This document shows, piece after piece, positions 22,915-32,539 of a DNA stretch of 64,000 nucleotides. Made by a program: the position numbers and the translations under genes. Numbering within the stretch: the stretch's first letter is position 1; each line of letters opens with the position of its first letter. The DNA comes from Kofleriaceae bacterium (GTDB lineage Bacteria; Myxococcota_A; Polyangia; Haliangiales; Haliangiaceae): positions 1 to 64,000 of the forward strand of contig CBDCCZ010000011.1 in assembly GCA_965215005.1 (NCBI GenBank), read 5' to 3'. The notes under the pieces are model-generated. The model was not told the DNA's origin and did not search any database. It was given only the letters and a program-made list of their open reading frames with translations.

Positions 22915-23019
22915 GCGATGCTTGCACCTGCGATAAAGGGCTAACGCTACGCAGGGGAGTGACCGATATCCTCTCCTGCGGTACTGCATTGGTAGCGCCA
23001 CACTCACTGTTATCGCCGC

Positions 23020-26000
23020 GTGCTGCCCAATCAACAACGCCTAGGTCGCTACATCGTCTCCGCCGAGATCGGCGCGGGCGGCATGGGCATCGTCTACGAA
23101 GCCTACGACCCTGATACGGGGCGGCAGGTAGCAATCAAGACGCTGCCGCGTCTGGATGCAGCGACGCTATACCGATTCAAGCGCGAGTTTCGCGCCCTCG
23201 CCGACGTTCACCATCCCAACCTCGTGCAGCTGTACGAGCTGGTTTCTGACGGTGCGCGCTGGTTCTATACGATGGAGTTGGTGCGCGGCGTCGACTTTCT
23301 CTTGTGGGCGCGCGGCGGCGACGTGTACGGCGATGGCCGTGACGCTGCGGTGGTGCCGGTCAAGGAACGTCACGAGCGGATCCGCCACGGTGCGCATCAG
23401 CTCGCGCTGGCGATCGCGGCGGTCCATCGGGCGGGCAAGGTTCATCGCGATATCAAACCGAGCAACATTCTCGTAACCGACGAAGGTCGGGTGGTGCTCC
23501 TGGATTTCGGGCTGGTGGGTGATCGACCCGGAGGGGTCTCGCAAAGCGATACGCTTACTGTGGGTACTGTCTCGCACATGGCGCCGGAGCAGGCAGGATC
23601 GGGACGCGTCGGACCAGCCGCGGATTGGTACAGCATGGGCGTCATCTTGTATGAAGCGCTCACCGGCCACTCGCCATTTGCGGGTTCTCCACTGCAGATC
23701 CTAATGGAGAAGCAGCGCACTGAGCCGCTCGCTCCTCGCTCCGTTGCGCCGGAGGTGCCGGCGGATCTCGACGGCTTGTGCACGGATTTGCTGCGTCGTT
23801 CGCCGGCGTCGCGACCGGCCGCCGAGGACGTCATCGCTCGTCTCGGTGGCGGGCCGCTACGCGTCACCAAGACGCAGTCGGTCGTTGGCGCGCCGCTGTT
23901 CATTGGCCGCGAAACCGAGCTGGCAACCCTATTGTCGGAGGTCGAGTGGGCGCGCACCCGCGGCACGGTTGCATTCGTTCGCGGCGAGCCCGGCATTGGC
24001 AGGACGTCGCTCATCAGTCAGCTGGTCGAGCGATTGCGACGCGATCAACCGGAGACGGTGGTGCTCACCGGGCGCTGCTACGAGCGCGAATCGGTCCCTT
24101 ACAAAGCCTTCGACGGTCTTATCGACTCGCTCAGCAACTACCTCAAGCGGCGTGAGCGCGATGGCGTAATCGATCGACTGCCCGCGGATGCTGCACTGCT
24201 GGCGCGGCTATTTCCGGTGCTCGGTCGCGTACCGGCGGTTGCGCGTCTGGGCGAGCTGCGAATGACAGCAATCAGCCCGCATCAGTTGCGCGCTCGCGCG
24301 TTCGCTACGCTGCGGTCGGTGCTTGCGCGGATTGCGCGAGTGCGGTCGCTGGTGATGGTGATCGATGACTTCCAGTGGGCCGACGCCGACAGCTTTGCGC
24401 TTCTCGCGGAGCTGATGCAGGGGCCGGATGCGCCGCGCCTACTGTTAGTGGTCACCGTTCGGACCAAGCCGCACGGCAAGCTACCGGCAGCGATCGCCAA
24501 GGCAACCGACTCGGTCGAGCATGCAACCCACTTGCAGCTCGAGAAGCTGCCGTTTGCTGACGCCGCGCAACTAGCGACCGAGCTGTACCGGCGCGTCGCT
24601 GGCAGCGAGCTGCAGGATGCACCCGCGGTTGCCGAGGCCGCCGAGTGTCACCCACTGTTCATCGACGAGTTGGTGCGCCATATGGTGAGCGAGCACGGCA
24701 TCGCACCCGATGTCGATCGCCTCGATGATGCTCTTTGGGCGCGTATTTGCGACATCGACGCGATGGCGCGCCGGCTCCTGGAGGTCATCGCGATTGCTGG
24801 GGTCCCGCTCGATCCTTCGGTGGCTGCCCGAGCGGCTGAGCTGTCAAGTGATGAGGCGGCGCAGTGGACAGCGCTGCTTCGGGTCGCCAACCTCATTCGC
24901 GCCAGCTGGCAAGGCGAGCACGAGCAGCTCGAGCCGTACAACGACCGCGTGCGTGAGGCCGTGCTCCGTCGGATCGACGACCCCGCCAGGAGTGAGCATC
25001 ATCGTCGTTTGGCCGAAGCGCTGCAGGTCACCGGTGCCGCCCACGAGGATCCGCAGAGTCTGATTCGGCATCTAGTGATGGCCGACCAGTCGATGCAGGC
25101 GGCCAGTCAAGCCGATCAAGCCGCGTGTCGCGCCATGAAGGCATTTGCGTTTCAACGCGCAGCCGAGTTGTTTCGCGTCGCACTGCAGCTCGGCGAGTTC
25201 GACGAAGGCCGTACCCGCGAGATCCATCTGCAGCTCGCTGAAGCCCTCAGCGGTGCTGGCCACGGTGCCGAAGCAGCCGACGTGTATCAGGCCGCGGCCC
25301 GCGGCGCCGATGCCGCAACCCGCCTCGAATGTCAGTGCCGGGCTGCAGAGCAGCTCCTGGTCACCGGCTATATCGAGCGCGGCTTCGATGCGTTGTCGTC
25401 GGTGCTCGGCGAGATCGACGTCGAGCTGCCGCGCACGCCGCGACGCGCGCTGGTATCACTATTGTGGAACCGCTTGCGCTTGCGTGTTCGGGGCACTCGC
25501 TTCCGCTTGCGAGACGCGAGTGAGGTGTCGCCACGCGAGCTCACGAAGCTCGACGTGTTGCATACCGTGGCTGCTTCTGCCTCAACGGTCGACAATATCG
25601 TCGGAGCTGATTTCCAGGCCCGTTCGATGCTCGCGGCGCTGCGGCTCGGCGAGCCAAAGCGAATCGCGCGAGCCATGTCCATGGGAGCCATGGTCATGGG
25701 CTCCCAAGGAGCGCTTGCCCGGGCTGACGCTCTTGCAAGCACTGCCGAGCAACTGGCTAAAGACATAGGCGACCCGGTGATGGAGGCGTGGGCCATCGCG
25801 GCGCGCGGAATGTCATCGCACTTTATTGGCGAGTATGACGTCGCGACCCGACTGCTTCACGACGCGGCAGCTCGCTTTGGCGAGCTCGCGGCGGGCACGT
25901 TCGAGCTCAATGTGATGCGCATCTTTCGCCTAATCGACCTGCGGCTGCTCGGCCGCTGCCGGCAGCTGCGCAGTGAATATGACGAGTATCTTCGCGATGC

Positions 26001-26709
26001 GCAGCGACGCGGCGACCGCTACATGGAGACGACCTTGTCGCGGGCCCTCAACATCGTCTGGCTCATCGAAGACGACCCGGCGCGTGCGCGCCAGGAGCTG
26101 GCCAACAAGGCGTGGACGCCGCCCAAGACCGGATTTCACATCCAGCACTGGTACAAGCTGCGCGCCCGCGGCGAGATGGCACTGTATGCGGGCAACGCCG
26201 CACGTACTCGCGAGCAGCTCGCAACCAGCATGGAGCGTCTCGAGAAATCGATGCTCTTGCGAGTGAAGATGATCCGCAGCGACTATCGCTGGCTCGTAGG
26301 CCGACTGGCATTGTTCGAATGTGCAGCGGGGCAGCCGCAAGCGCCGCGCCATGCATTGGTGGCCAAGCAAGCAGGTCGTCTGGCACGCGACGGCAGCGGG
26401 CTGGGAACGCTCTGGTGTCATCTATTGCGCGCTGGCATCGCTCATCAAAGTGGTGACGATGCGGCCGCAGCCGAAATTCTGGCGCGTTCGGTGGATGTTG
26501 CTCACGAAGGCGGCTTCCTCCTCTACGAGGCAGCTGCTCGGCAGCGGCGAGGGCAGCTGCTTGGCGGCTCCCACGGCAGCGACCTGATCGCCGAAGGCCA
26601 CCGAATCATGGCGCGCGAGCAGGTTAAGAACCCCGCGCGGATGACCGCGATGATCGCTCCGGGATTTGGCGTTCCTGGCGACGGCGCCGCATTAATCACT
26701 CAGGAGTAG
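23020..26709 (+). CDS. Ser/Thr kinase fused to a P-loop (AAA_16/STAND-like) ATPase and helical repeats
   Basis: Kinase motifs GAGGMG, HRDIKPSN, DFG and MAPE; FIGRETEL; GEPGIGRT Walker A variant; VMVIDDFQWAD Walker B. Confidence 0.92.
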   Translation: MLPNQQRLGRYIVSAEIGAGGMGIVYEAYDPDTGRQVAIKTLPRLDAATLYRFKREFRALADVHHPNLVQLYELVSDGARWFYTMELVRGVDFLLWARGGDVYGDGRDAAVVPVKERHERIRHGAHQLALAIAAVHRAGKVHRDIKPSNILVTDEGRVVLLDFGLVGDRPGGVSQSDTLTVGTVSHMAPEQAGSGRVGPAADWYSMGVILYEALTGHSPFAGSPLQILMEKQRTEPLAPRSVAPEVPADLDGLCTDLLRRSPASRPAAEDVIARLGGGPLRVTKTQSVVGAPLFIGRETELATLLSEVEWARTRGTVAFVRGEPGIGRTSLISQLVERLRRDQPETVVLTGRCYERESVPYKAFDGLIDSLSNYLKRRERDGVIDRLPADAALLARLFPVLGRVPAVARLGELRMTAISPHQLRARAFATLRSVLARIARVRSLVMVIDDFQWADADSFALLAELMQGPDAPRLLLVVTVRTKPHGKLPAAIAKATDSVEHATHLQLEKLPFADAAQLATELYRRVAGSELQDAPAVAEAAECHPLFIDELVRHMVSEHGIAPDVDRLDDALWARICDIDAMARRLLEVIAIAGVPLDPSVAARAAELSSDEAAQWTALLRVANLIRASWQGEHEQLEPYNDRVREAVLRRIDDPARSEHHRRLAEALQVTGAAHEDPQSLIRHLVMADQSMQAASQADQAACRAMKAFAFQRAAELFRVALQLGEFDEGRTREIHLQLAEALSGAGHGAEAADVYQAAARGADAATRLECQCRAAEQLLVTGYIERGFDALSSVLGEIDVELPRTPRRALVSLLWNRLRLRVRGTRFRLRDASEVSPRELTKLDVLHTVAASASTVDNIVGADFQARSMLAALRLGEPKRIARAMSMGAMVMGSQGALARADALASTAEQLAKDIGDPVMEAWAIAARGMSSHFIGEYDVATRLLHDAAARFGELAAGTFELNVMRIFRLIDLRLLGRCRQLRSEYDEYLRDAQRRGDRYMETTLSRALNIVWLIEDDPARARQELANKAWTPPKTGFHIQHWYKLRARGEMALYAGNAARTREQLATSMERLEKSMLLRVKMIRSDYRWLVGRLALFECAAGQPQAPRHALVAKQAGRLARDGSGLGTLWCHLLRAGIAHQSGDDAAAAEILARSVDVAHEGGFLLYEAAARQRRGQLLGGSHGSDLIAEGHRIMAREQVKNPARMTAMIAPGFGVPGDGAALITQE

Positions 26710-27566
26710 CGGGCCAGTGCACGCTCGACCGATGCCACATAGCCGCCGCCAAAGTGGTTGACGTGAACCAGCAGCGGGTAGAGCTGATAGAGAGCGACGC
26801 GTTCGACGTAGCCGGGAGCCAAGGCGTGGCTCTCGCGATAGGCGGCGAAGAAGCGTTCGCCAGGGCGGCCGAATAGGGTGAGCATGGCGAGGTCGATTTC
26901 GCGGTGACCGCCATACACCGCAGGGTCGATCAAACACGGCTCGCCGCGCTCGTCGACCAAGAGATTGCCCGACCACAAATCCCCGTGCAGTCGCGCCGGC
27001 GCCTCGACTGGGCCGCAAAGACTATCGAGGCGGGCAAACAGGCGCGCAAAACGAGCGGGCCAGGACCTGGGGGCGATGCCGCTATCGATTGCGCGGCGCA
27101 GCTGCGGCTCGAGTCGTCGCTGCGCATAGAAGGTTGACCAAGCGGGCTCCGGCGTATTGTCTTGCGGCAGCATGCCGATGAAGTTGTCGTGCTCCCAGCC
27201 GAAGTGCTCGGCGCCGCTGGCGTGAAGTGCAGCCAACCGTTGACCGAGCTGCTCTTCGTAGTTCTCGCAGCGCTTGCCCACATCGAGGTATTCGAGCGCG
27301 AGAAACTGCACCTCGTCGTCAGGCGACGAAGCGGCGAGCACCCGCGGGACGCGAATTGCATTGGCGCTAGCGAGCCACTGTAGTCCCGCCGCTTCGCACG
27401 CAAACATCCGCGGCTCGGCTCGCTCGTTGCTCTTGACGAACACTTGCAGGCCGCTCGAGCAGCGCGCCGCCCAGGCATCGTTGATGTCGCCGCCGTGAAG
27501 TGGGCGACTGCCGATGAGCTGCTCATTGAGGGCCTTCTCGACCGCCTGGCGCAGGAGCTCGTTCAT
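26700..27566 (-). CDS. Fructosamine/ribulosamine 3-kinase family protein
   Basis: GGDIN, FVKSN, FGWEHDNFIG, LHGDLWSGN, IDPAVYGGHREIDLAM and YQLYPLLVH motifs. Start trimmed to ATG 27566. Confidence 0.92.
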   Translation of the reverse strand: MNELLRQAVEKALNEQLIGSRPLHGGDINDAWAARCSSGLQVFVKSNERAEPRMFACEAAGLQWLASANAIRVPRVLAASSPDDEVQFLALEYLDVGKRCENYEEQLGQRLAALHASGAEHFGWEHDNFIGMLPQDNTPEPAWSTFYAQRRLEPQLRRAIDSGIAPRSWPARFARLFARLDSLCGPVEAPARLHGDLWSGNLLVDERGEPCLIDPAVYGGHREIDLAMLTLFGRPGERFFAAYRESHALAPGYVERVALYQLYPLLVHVNHFGGGYVASVERALARYS

Positions 27567-28051
27567 CGCAGGCCGTGCTCGGTGGCGATGGTATCGAGCA
27601 GTCCCTGGCACGCGCGCTCGCACAGATCGAGCACGTCGTCGAAGCCGCGCGGGCCGCCGTGGTACGGGTCGGGGACCACGGCTCCCGTGGGCGCCGCTGG
27701 ATCGAACGAGCGAAACAGGCGCACCCGCGCGCGGGCCTCCGGCGTGGGAGCAAGCGCCAGCAAGTCCTCGAGGTTTTGTCGGTCCATCGCGAGGATATAG
27801 TCGAAGCGTTCGAAGTCGCTGGCGTCGAAGCGACGGGCGCGACTGGTTAGGTCGTAGCCGCGGGTTTGTGCGCACGAGCGCGAGCGTGCGTCGGCCGCTT
27901 CGCCAACGTGGTACGCGCTGGTTCCGGCGCTATCGACGACGATGCGGCGTTGCAGCCCTGCCTGCGCAACGAGGTGCTCCATCACGCCATGCGCGGTGGG
28001 AGAGCGGCAGATGTTACCGAGGCACACGAAGCAAATCCGCACCGTCTTCAT
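27563..28051 (-). CDS. Low molecular weight protein-tyrosine phosphatase
   Basis: FVCLGNICRS P-loop, DSAGT, LAMD and VPDPY motifs. Confidence 0.95.
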   Translation of the reverse strand: MKTVRICFVCLGNICRSPTAHGVMEHLVAQAGLQRRIVVDSAGTSAYHVGEAADARSRSCAQTRGYDLTSRARRFDASDFERFDYILAMDRQNLEDLLALAPTPEARARVRLFRSFDPAAPTGAVVPDPYHGGPRGFDDVLDLCERACQGLLDTIATEHGLR

Positions 28052-28199
28052 CGCTTCGACATAGCACTGTGGCCACGGAAGATCATCTCGTGGCGTGCTG
28101 CGCTGGCATCGGTCACTCTCTGCAACGTTTCTTCAGAGCCACCTAACGCTCACCCGTCCTATGAAGTGCCGGAGCTCCGTGCCTACCTCTCGTGCAGCG

Positions 28200-29555
28200 C
28201 TACGGCCAGATGCCGCGCTCGAGTGCGACGCTAGTGACGCGGCGAATGGCCAGAATGAAGGCCGCGGTGCGAAGGTCTACCTTTGCGAGCTCCCCACTGG
28301 GGACATAGCGGCGCTCGCGGGTTTCTTTGAGTGCTGCGGCAATGGTTTCGAGCTCGTCATTCGTCGAGCGCTGCTGGTCCAGCACCGCGTCAGTCGCGCG
28401 CACTAGCATCCGCTCCATGGTGCTATTGACGCGCTCGAGGTCCCAGCGCTCGTTTTGCGTGTTTTGCACCCACTCGAAATAGCTCACGGTGACGCCGCCG
28501 GCGTTGGCCAGGATGTCGGGCAGCACTGGGATGCCGCGCTCGGCAAGAATGCGATCTGCGGCGGGCGTGGTGGGGCCGTTGGCGCCTTCCGCTACGAGCT
28601 TGGCTTTGACATCCTTCGCGTTGTCGCGACGCAGCACGCCGCCCAGGGCCGCCGGAACCAGGAGGTCGCAGTCGAGCGTCACCAGCTCTTTGCCGTCGAT
28701 GGTCTTGCTGCCAGACACGCCGACCACGCGACCGTGCTCGTCTTTGTGCGCCTCCACGGCGTCCAAGTCCAGTCCGTCGGCGGCTGCGATCCCGCCGGAG
28801 GAGTCGCTCACACCGATGATTTGCGCGCCGGCGTCGGCGAGCAGCCGCGCCGCAATCCGGCCAACGTTGCCAAACCCCTCGATGGCGACGCGTGCGCCAT
28901 CGAGCGACTCCAGACCATCGACGAGACCTTGCTCGAGAGCATGACGCACCACATACAACAGCCCGCGGGCCGTGGCTTCGCGACGCCCTAGCGAGCCGCC
29001 AATGTCGAGCGGCTTGCCGGTGACCACGGGGAAATTGTTGTGTCCGCGATTGAGCTGATCATAGGTGTCTAGCACCCAGGCCATCGTGCGCTCGTTGGTG
29101 TTGACGTCCGGAGCCGGCACGTCGAGATAGGGTCCGATGTTGCCCTCGAGATCGGCGATGAAGCGACGCGTGATTCGTCGCAGCTCGTGCTCGGAAAGCT
29201 GTTTGGGATCGCAGGTGACGCCGCCCTTGGCGCCGCCAAACGGAACCTCGACTACCGCACACTTCCACGTCATCCAGCTCGCGAGCGCGGCAACCTCGTC
29301 TTGGTTTACCTCAGGATGGTAGCGAATGCCGCCTTTGCCGGGCCCGCGTATGCGACTGTGCAAGACGCGATAGCCAGTAAACATCTCCACGGAACCGTCA
29401 TCGCGCTCGATCGGGAAAGTGAGCGTGATGACTCGCCGAGGATACTTGGCAAAATCGATGAGGCCGGCCTTGAGCTCTGGGATGTATTGCGCCGCGTGGT
29501 CGAACTGGTGTTGCGTGATGTGAAACGGGTTGAGGTCTTCTGCGTCCGTGCTCAT
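28200..29555 (-). CDS. gdhA: Glu/Leu/Phe/Val dehydrogenase (glutamate dehydrogenase)
   Basis: GPGKGGIRYHP, MTWKCA, GGAKGG, DVPAPD, TGKP, GFGNVG, EGANGP and NAGGVTVSYFEWVQN motifs. Confidence 0.9.
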   Translation of the reverse strand: MSTDAEDLNPFHITQHQFDHAAQYIPELKAGLIDFAKYPRRVITLTFPIERDDGSVEMFTGYRVLHSRIRGPGKGGIRYHPEVNQDEVAALASWMTWKCAVVEVPFGGAKGGVTCDPKQLSEHELRRITRRFIADLEGNIGPYLDVPAPDVNTNERTMAWVLDTYDQLNRGHNNFPVVTGKPLDIGGSLGRREATARGLLYVVRHALEQGLVDGLESLDGARVAIEGFGNVGRIAARLLADAGAQIIGVSDSSGGIAAADGLDLDAVEAHKDEHGRVVGVSGSKTIDGKELVTLDCDLLVPAALGGVLRRDNAKDVKAKLVAEGANGPTTPAADRILAERGIPVLPDILANAGGVTVSYFEWVQNTQNERWDLERVNSTMERMLVRATDAVLDQQRSTNDELETIAAALKETRERRYVPSGELAKVDLRTAAFILAIRRVTSVALERGIWP

Positions 29556-29630
29556 GAGCGTGTCGTGAGCATAGGACGAGCGAGGCGCTGCTGCACAACT
29601 CCGTGATGAGGGAGGCGCTGCGGCTGCAGC

Positions 29631-31142
29631 TCAGTGGGTGGTGACTGGGCTGCCGGTGGCGTCGAGCTGGATCGTGGAACCGAGGTCGAGCTGCAACAGC
29701 TCATCGCGAATCGCATCGAGATCGCCGACCACGACCACGACCAGGTCATCGACATTCAAAAGCTCGGCCGCCAGCGTCTGTGCCTGCGGAGCGCTCACGC
29801 CTTCGATGCGCTGCGCGTAGTTGCGGTACCAATCGAGCGGCAGCTCATACAACGCAAGCTCGGTGAACGCCTCGGCAGTGCCTTCATTGGTGGCAAATAA
29901 CGTCGGCACACCGGCGATCAGAAGCTGTCGAGCGCGCGATATCTCTTCTTCGGCAAGGGGCTTGCTGGCGAGGCCTCGGATGAGCGAAAGCATCTCGCCC
30001 ACGCCGGCTTGCGTGACCTTGGTAAACATCGCGCTGCTCGCGCGCCATGGACCTGCGGCGCGCCCGTCGACAAAGGACGAGTAGGCACTATAGGTGTATC
30101 CCAGTTGCTCGCGCAGCCGATCGTTGAGGCGCGAGGTAAACGAGCCGCCGAGTATCGTGTTCATGACCTCGGCTGCTTCCAAACGAGGATCTGTCCGCGC
30201 CAGCCCAACCCTGGCCACGAAGATGACGCTCTGCTCCGCACCGTCGCGATCCACGAGCACCAGGCGCGGTGGCTTGGCGATAGGCGTTGGTGGCCGAGGC
30301 GGCTTAGCGCGCGCCTTGCTCTGCCATGCGGCGCCGACTGTCGCCTCAAGCTGGGCCGCAATCTTCGTGGCGTCCACATCGCCGGCAATGACTAGCGTGG
30401 CCACGTTTGGCGCCCAATGCTGCTGATAGAACCCGACCACGTCGGCGCGCGTGATGCGCTCGAGGCTATCGACGCGGCCGCCGATGGGACTGCCATAGGC
30501 ACCGTCGCGGCCGTAAAGGACCTGGCGCGTGACCAGCGCGGCTACGGCGGTGGGCTCATCGACACGCCGACGCACCGCCTCCAGCTGCTCGGCGCGCACG
30601 CGGACTATCTCTGCTGGAGCAAATTGCGGCTGAGCGAGCACGTCGGCAAGCAGCGCCAAGCTCGGCTCGAAAGTGCGCGATAACGTGTTTAGCTCCACGT
30701 AGGCGGCGTCGTGATCGACGGTGAGCTCGAGCGTCGCCCCGAGCCGGTCGAGCTCAGCGGCAAGCTCGACTGCGTTTCGCTTGCCAGCGCCTTCATCGAG
30801 CAAATCGGCCACCAGCAGCGCCAGGCCCGCTTTGCCTTTTGGATCAGAGGTGGAGCCAGCAAGTGGGTTGACGAGAGAGATGCTCACGAGCGGTAGTCGG
30901 TTGCTGGCGATGACCAGCACGCGCAAGCCATTGCGCAAGCGCAGCTCAGTGGCGACTGGCGGTGAGAACGTCGTCTCGGGCAAGGGCGCGGGTGGCGTGC
31001 TCCAGTCGATTCCAGCCGCTTCCCAAGAGGCACTCGGTTCAGCATCGGTAACAGTCGGGCTGGCGACGGCGCTCGCGGCCGACTTGCCGCCGCAGCCGAT
31101 GACCACCAACGGCAACGCCACGAGCAAAGCTCGCATGAGCAT
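29631..31142 (-). CDS. M16 peptidase, non-catalytic subunit (lipoprotein)
   Basis: LRNGLRV, LLDEGAG (no HxxEH) and ILGGSFTSRLNDRLREQLGYTY motifs; lipobox VIG-C. Confidence 0.88.
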   Translation of the reverse strand: MLMRALLVALPLVVIGCGGKSAASAVASPTVTDAEPSASWEAAGIDWSTPPAPLPETTFSPPVATELRLRNGLRVLVIASNRLPLVSISLVNPLAGSTSDPKGKAGLALLVADLLDEGAGKRNAVELAAELDRLGATLELTVDHDAAYVELNTLSRTFEPSLALLADVLAQPQFAPAEIVRVRAEQLEAVRRRVDEPTAVAALVTRQVLYGRDGAYGSPIGGRVDSLERITRADVVGFYQQHWAPNVATLVIAGDVDATKIAAQLEATVGAAWQSKARAKPPRPPTPIAKPPRLVLVDRDGAEQSVIFVARVGLARTDPRLEAAEVMNTILGGSFTSRLNDRLREQLGYTYSAYSSFVDGRAAGPWRASSAMFTKVTQAGVGEMLSLIRGLASKPLAEEEISRARQLLIAGVPTLFATNEGTAEAFTELALYELPLDWYRNYAQRIEGVSAPQAQTLAAELLNVDDLVVVVVGDLDAIRDELLQLDLGSTIQLDATGSPVTTH

Positions 31143-32491
31143 CAGTTCGACTCCTTGTTGGGAAGGACCTGCATGACGACCCGCGCATCCGGCGCGAGCC
31201 AGCGAGCAACGGCCGCTTGGAGGGCGCTGGGCGTCACCGCGCGGTATCGCGCTAAGTCCGCGGCGAAAAAATTCGGGCTCCCTGTCATCGCTGCGTAATG
31301 AGCAAACGTGGCGGCGCGCCTTCCTACATGTTCATGTTCGCGAAGAAACTCGGCCTCGCGCGAATTGATCGCTCGTTCTAGCTCGGCCGCTGACGGTGGC
31401 GATGTGGCCAGCGCTGCAAGCTCTTCGTCGATGATACGCAACACGCGATCGGGTGAGATGCCTTCGCGAATCACGGCGCCGAGCTGGAGCTCACCGCCGA
31501 GCACCTGCGGGTACAGCGCGGCGTAAACCTCGCTGGCCAGCTGCTCCTCGAGGAGCAGCCGCCGGTGTAGACGGCTCGCTTTGCCACTTGCGAGGATTCG
31601 CGTCGCGAGCTCGAGCTCGGCCGAGTCTGGTGCGAAGGGCGGCGGCGAGCGCCACGCCAGAATGAGCTTAGGTGCTTGCACGTCATCTTGCGCAGTCAAT
31701 TTGACCTCGCCGGAGAGCGGCTCGACCTGACCCTCGAGCGTAACCAGACGCGGCGTTGGCGCTCGCGGCATCCAGGCAAAGAAACGCTCGATGAGTCGTT
31801 GGGTGGTCGTGACGTCGAGGTCACCGGCGACCACGAGAATGGCGTTACCGGGCACGTAGAACTCGCGATAGAAGGCTTCGATGTCCGCCATGCTGGCAGC
31901 GTCGAGATCTTCCATGGTGCCGATGGTGAGGTTGTGATTGCCGTGCCCCGGAGGCCACAGTGCCTGTTGTATCGCCAGCTCCGCGAGCCCGTAGGGCGCA
32001 TTCTCGTAGCCAGAGCGGCGCTCGTTCTTCACGACGTCGCGCTGACCGGAGAGTTTCTTTTCCGTCATCACGTCCCAAAGGCCGGCCATTCGATCGGCTT
32101 CGAGGTACAGCGCGAGCGGCACATGATGCGACGGAATCTGCACGATGTAATCGGTGCGGTCGGCGTTGGTGCTGCCGTTGTTCCTCCCGCCCACCGATTC
32201 GAGCAGGCTATCGAAGGCTCCTTCGGGAACGTGTTTCGAGCCTTCGAACATCAGGTGCTCGAACAAATGCGCGAATCCGCTGCGACCCGGTTTCTCGTCT
32301 TTGCTGCCGACGGCGTATCGGAGATAGATGGTGGTGACGGGTGTCGCATGATCCTCGTGAAGGATGACCCGCAGGCCGTTGTCGAGGGTATACGCGTGCG
32401 CTTTGATCGCTGCGGGCTCGCCAGCTCGCTCGGCGTGCGCAGGACCCGCGATCGCAGCTGTTAGCAGCGGGAGCCAAAAAAGAAGCCTCAT
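31142..32491 (-). CDS. M16 zinc peptidase, catalytic subunit
   Basis: LDNGLRV, GFAHLFEHLMF (HxxEH), NGST and VKNERR motifs; signal peptide. Confidence 0.93.
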   Translation of the reverse strand: MRLLFWLPLLTAAIAGPAHAERAGEPAAIKAHAYTLDNGLRVILHEDHATPVTTIYLRYAVGSKDEKPGRSGFAHLFEHLMFEGSKHVPEGAFDSLLESVGGRNNGSTNADRTDYIVQIPSHHVPLALYLEADRMAGLWDVMTEKKLSGQRDVVKNERRSGYENAPYGLAELAIQQALWPPGHGNHNLTIGTMEDLDAASMADIEAFYREFYVPGNAILVVAGDLDVTTTQRLIERFFAWMPRAPTPRLVTLEGQVEPLSGEVKLTAQDDVQAPKLILAWRSPPPFAPDSAELELATRILASGKASRLHRRLLLEEQLASEVYAALYPQVLGGELQLGAVIREGISPDRVLRIIDEELAALATSPPSAAELERAINSREAEFLREHEHVGRRAATFAHYAAMTGSPNFFAADLARYRAVTPSALQAAVARWLAPDARVVMQVLPNKESN

Positions 32492-32539
32492 GGGTCTCGT
32501 TTAGCCGATACGCAGGCATGATGTCGCGATGCGCTGCGG

